Below, one piece after another: positions 63,346 through 64,000 of a stretch of DNA of 64,000 nt (positions within the stretch are counted from its first letter, which is position 1; every line of letters begins with the position of its first letter). A program made the translations under genes and the position numbers. The notes below the pieces were generated by a model. That model was not told the DNA's origin. It saw only the letters and a list, made by a program, of their open reading frames with translations, and searched no databases. The stretch is from Gammaproteobacteria bacterium (GTDB lineage Bacteria; Pseudomonadota; Gammaproteobacteria; Thiohalospirales; Thiohalospiraceae): positions 3,035 to 67,034 of the forward strand of contig JAOUJT010000001.1 of assembly GCA_029883105.1 (NCBI GenBank). Direction: 5' to 3'.

Positions 63346-64000
63346 ATGCAGTGTTCAAACTGCCGCCCTTTGCCTCGTTCAGGGCGTAAGCTGAAGAAAA
63401 TAAGAGAAATTCTTAGAACCAAGATTGATGAGTGGCTTAGAACAATCACTGACGAACGCGTCAGGGATCTTGCCTTCCGTCATGCAATCGTCTCAGGAGG
63501 GAGTATCGCGTCTATGCTTTCAGGAGAGAAAGTGAATGACTACGACATCTACTTCCAGACCAAAGAAACCGCGTTAGCTGTGGCTGAATATTATGTAAAT
63601 ATATTCAATAAGAACACTGGCTACGAAGACGGTGACTCGGATACATACATGCCTACCGTTGTTGAAGATTCGATCCAGAATATCAAAGGAGAGGTTGAGG
63701 AACGTGTCACAATTTATATGAGGTCCGAAGGCGTCGCTGCTGAATCTGAGACAGTCGCGCGAGGCTTGTCGTTTGATGACGATGACGATGCTGAAGAGGA
63801 TCTGAAGGCTGTAGAAGGTCTGGTCAATGAGGAGGACTATCGGCCTGTATTTCTATCCCGTAATGCTATAACACTTACAAATCGTGTGCAAATCATTATT
63901 CGGTTCTTTGGTGCTCCGGAGGAGATTCATAAGAACTTTGATTTTGCTCACACACTCTGCTGGTGGAGAGCCAGAGACGGTAAACTACATATTGAGCAGG
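63346..64000 (+). CDS. partial ORF (runs off the window); possible Pol-beta-type nucleotidyltransferase fold
   Basis: ATG at 63346, open to the window end (absent from the ORF track). VSGGSIASMLSGEKVNDYDIYF fits hG(G/S)-x9-13-D-h-D-h. Confidence 0.4.
   Translation, partial: MQCSNCRPLPRSGRKLKKIREILRTKIDEWLRTITDERVRDLAFRHAIVSGGSIASMLSGEKVNDYDIYFQTKETALAVAEYYVNIFNKNTGYEDGDSDTYMPTVVEDSIQNIKGEVEERVTIYMRSEGVAAESETVARGLSFDDDDDAEEDLKAVEGLVNEEDYRPVFLSRNAITLTNRVQIIIRFFGAPEEIHKNFDFAHTLCWWRARDGKLHIEQ

Noticed and set aside
1-64000. Lysogeny or mobile-element functions (integrase, repressor/Cro pair, transposase, att-like repeats), and interrupted genes (inteins or introns) in the DNA polymerase, RNR, primase or terminase genes.
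   Set aside because: No ORF shows tyrosine/serine recombinase, DDE or HTH-repressor signatures recognisable by eye. The large enzymes are continuous with motifs in normal order and spacing. The only candidate selfish element is the GIY-YIG-like ORF, reported separately.

Overview
The window is a contiguous piece of a tailed dsDNA phage genome, and every credible gene is on the + strand. No integrase, repressor, tRNA, rRNA or CRISPR array was recognised. All domain calls rest on by-eye motif recognition; no database search was possible.

Gene order, left to right:
- Two paralogous small ORFs and a tandem terminator pair.
- Packaging genes: candidate small terminase, a 59-aa CxxC ORF, and large terminase.
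- A 1413-aa tail fibre block and an accessory islet holding a CheY-like receiver protein.
- Head and tail genes: portal, a 1539-aa minor-head (MuF/SPP1 gp7) protein, scaffold, major capsid, neck and tail-tube genes, G/GT chaperones with a lambda-like G_GGA_AAC -1 frameshift, a 2573-aa tape measure, and a 1887-aa J-like tip protein.
- Small promoter-plus-gene cassettes and a holin / M15 endolysin pair.
- A T7-like replication module: 752-aa T7-type RNA polymerase, gp2.5-like SSB, family A DNA polymerase, HD nucleotidase, FEN/5'-3' exonuclease, gp4-like primase-helicase, class II RNR, ATP-dependent ligase.

The most notable feature is the 1539-aa MuF protein. Its C-terminal half carries all catalytic motifs of a single-subunit (T7-type) RNA polymerase. 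It is therefore probably a capsid-packaged, injected RNAP, and a second RNAP beside the canonical one.

Three unrelated families of conserved intergenic sequence motifs occur, all in + orientation. They may be promoter classes for a multi-polymerase transcription programme.

Other accessory content includes an orphan TAXI-type periplasmic binding protein cassette and small secreted proteins.

Several genes shorter than 60 aa are absent from the supplied ORF track and are added here: 1821-2000, 41347-41481, 49482-49634 and 53655-53819.
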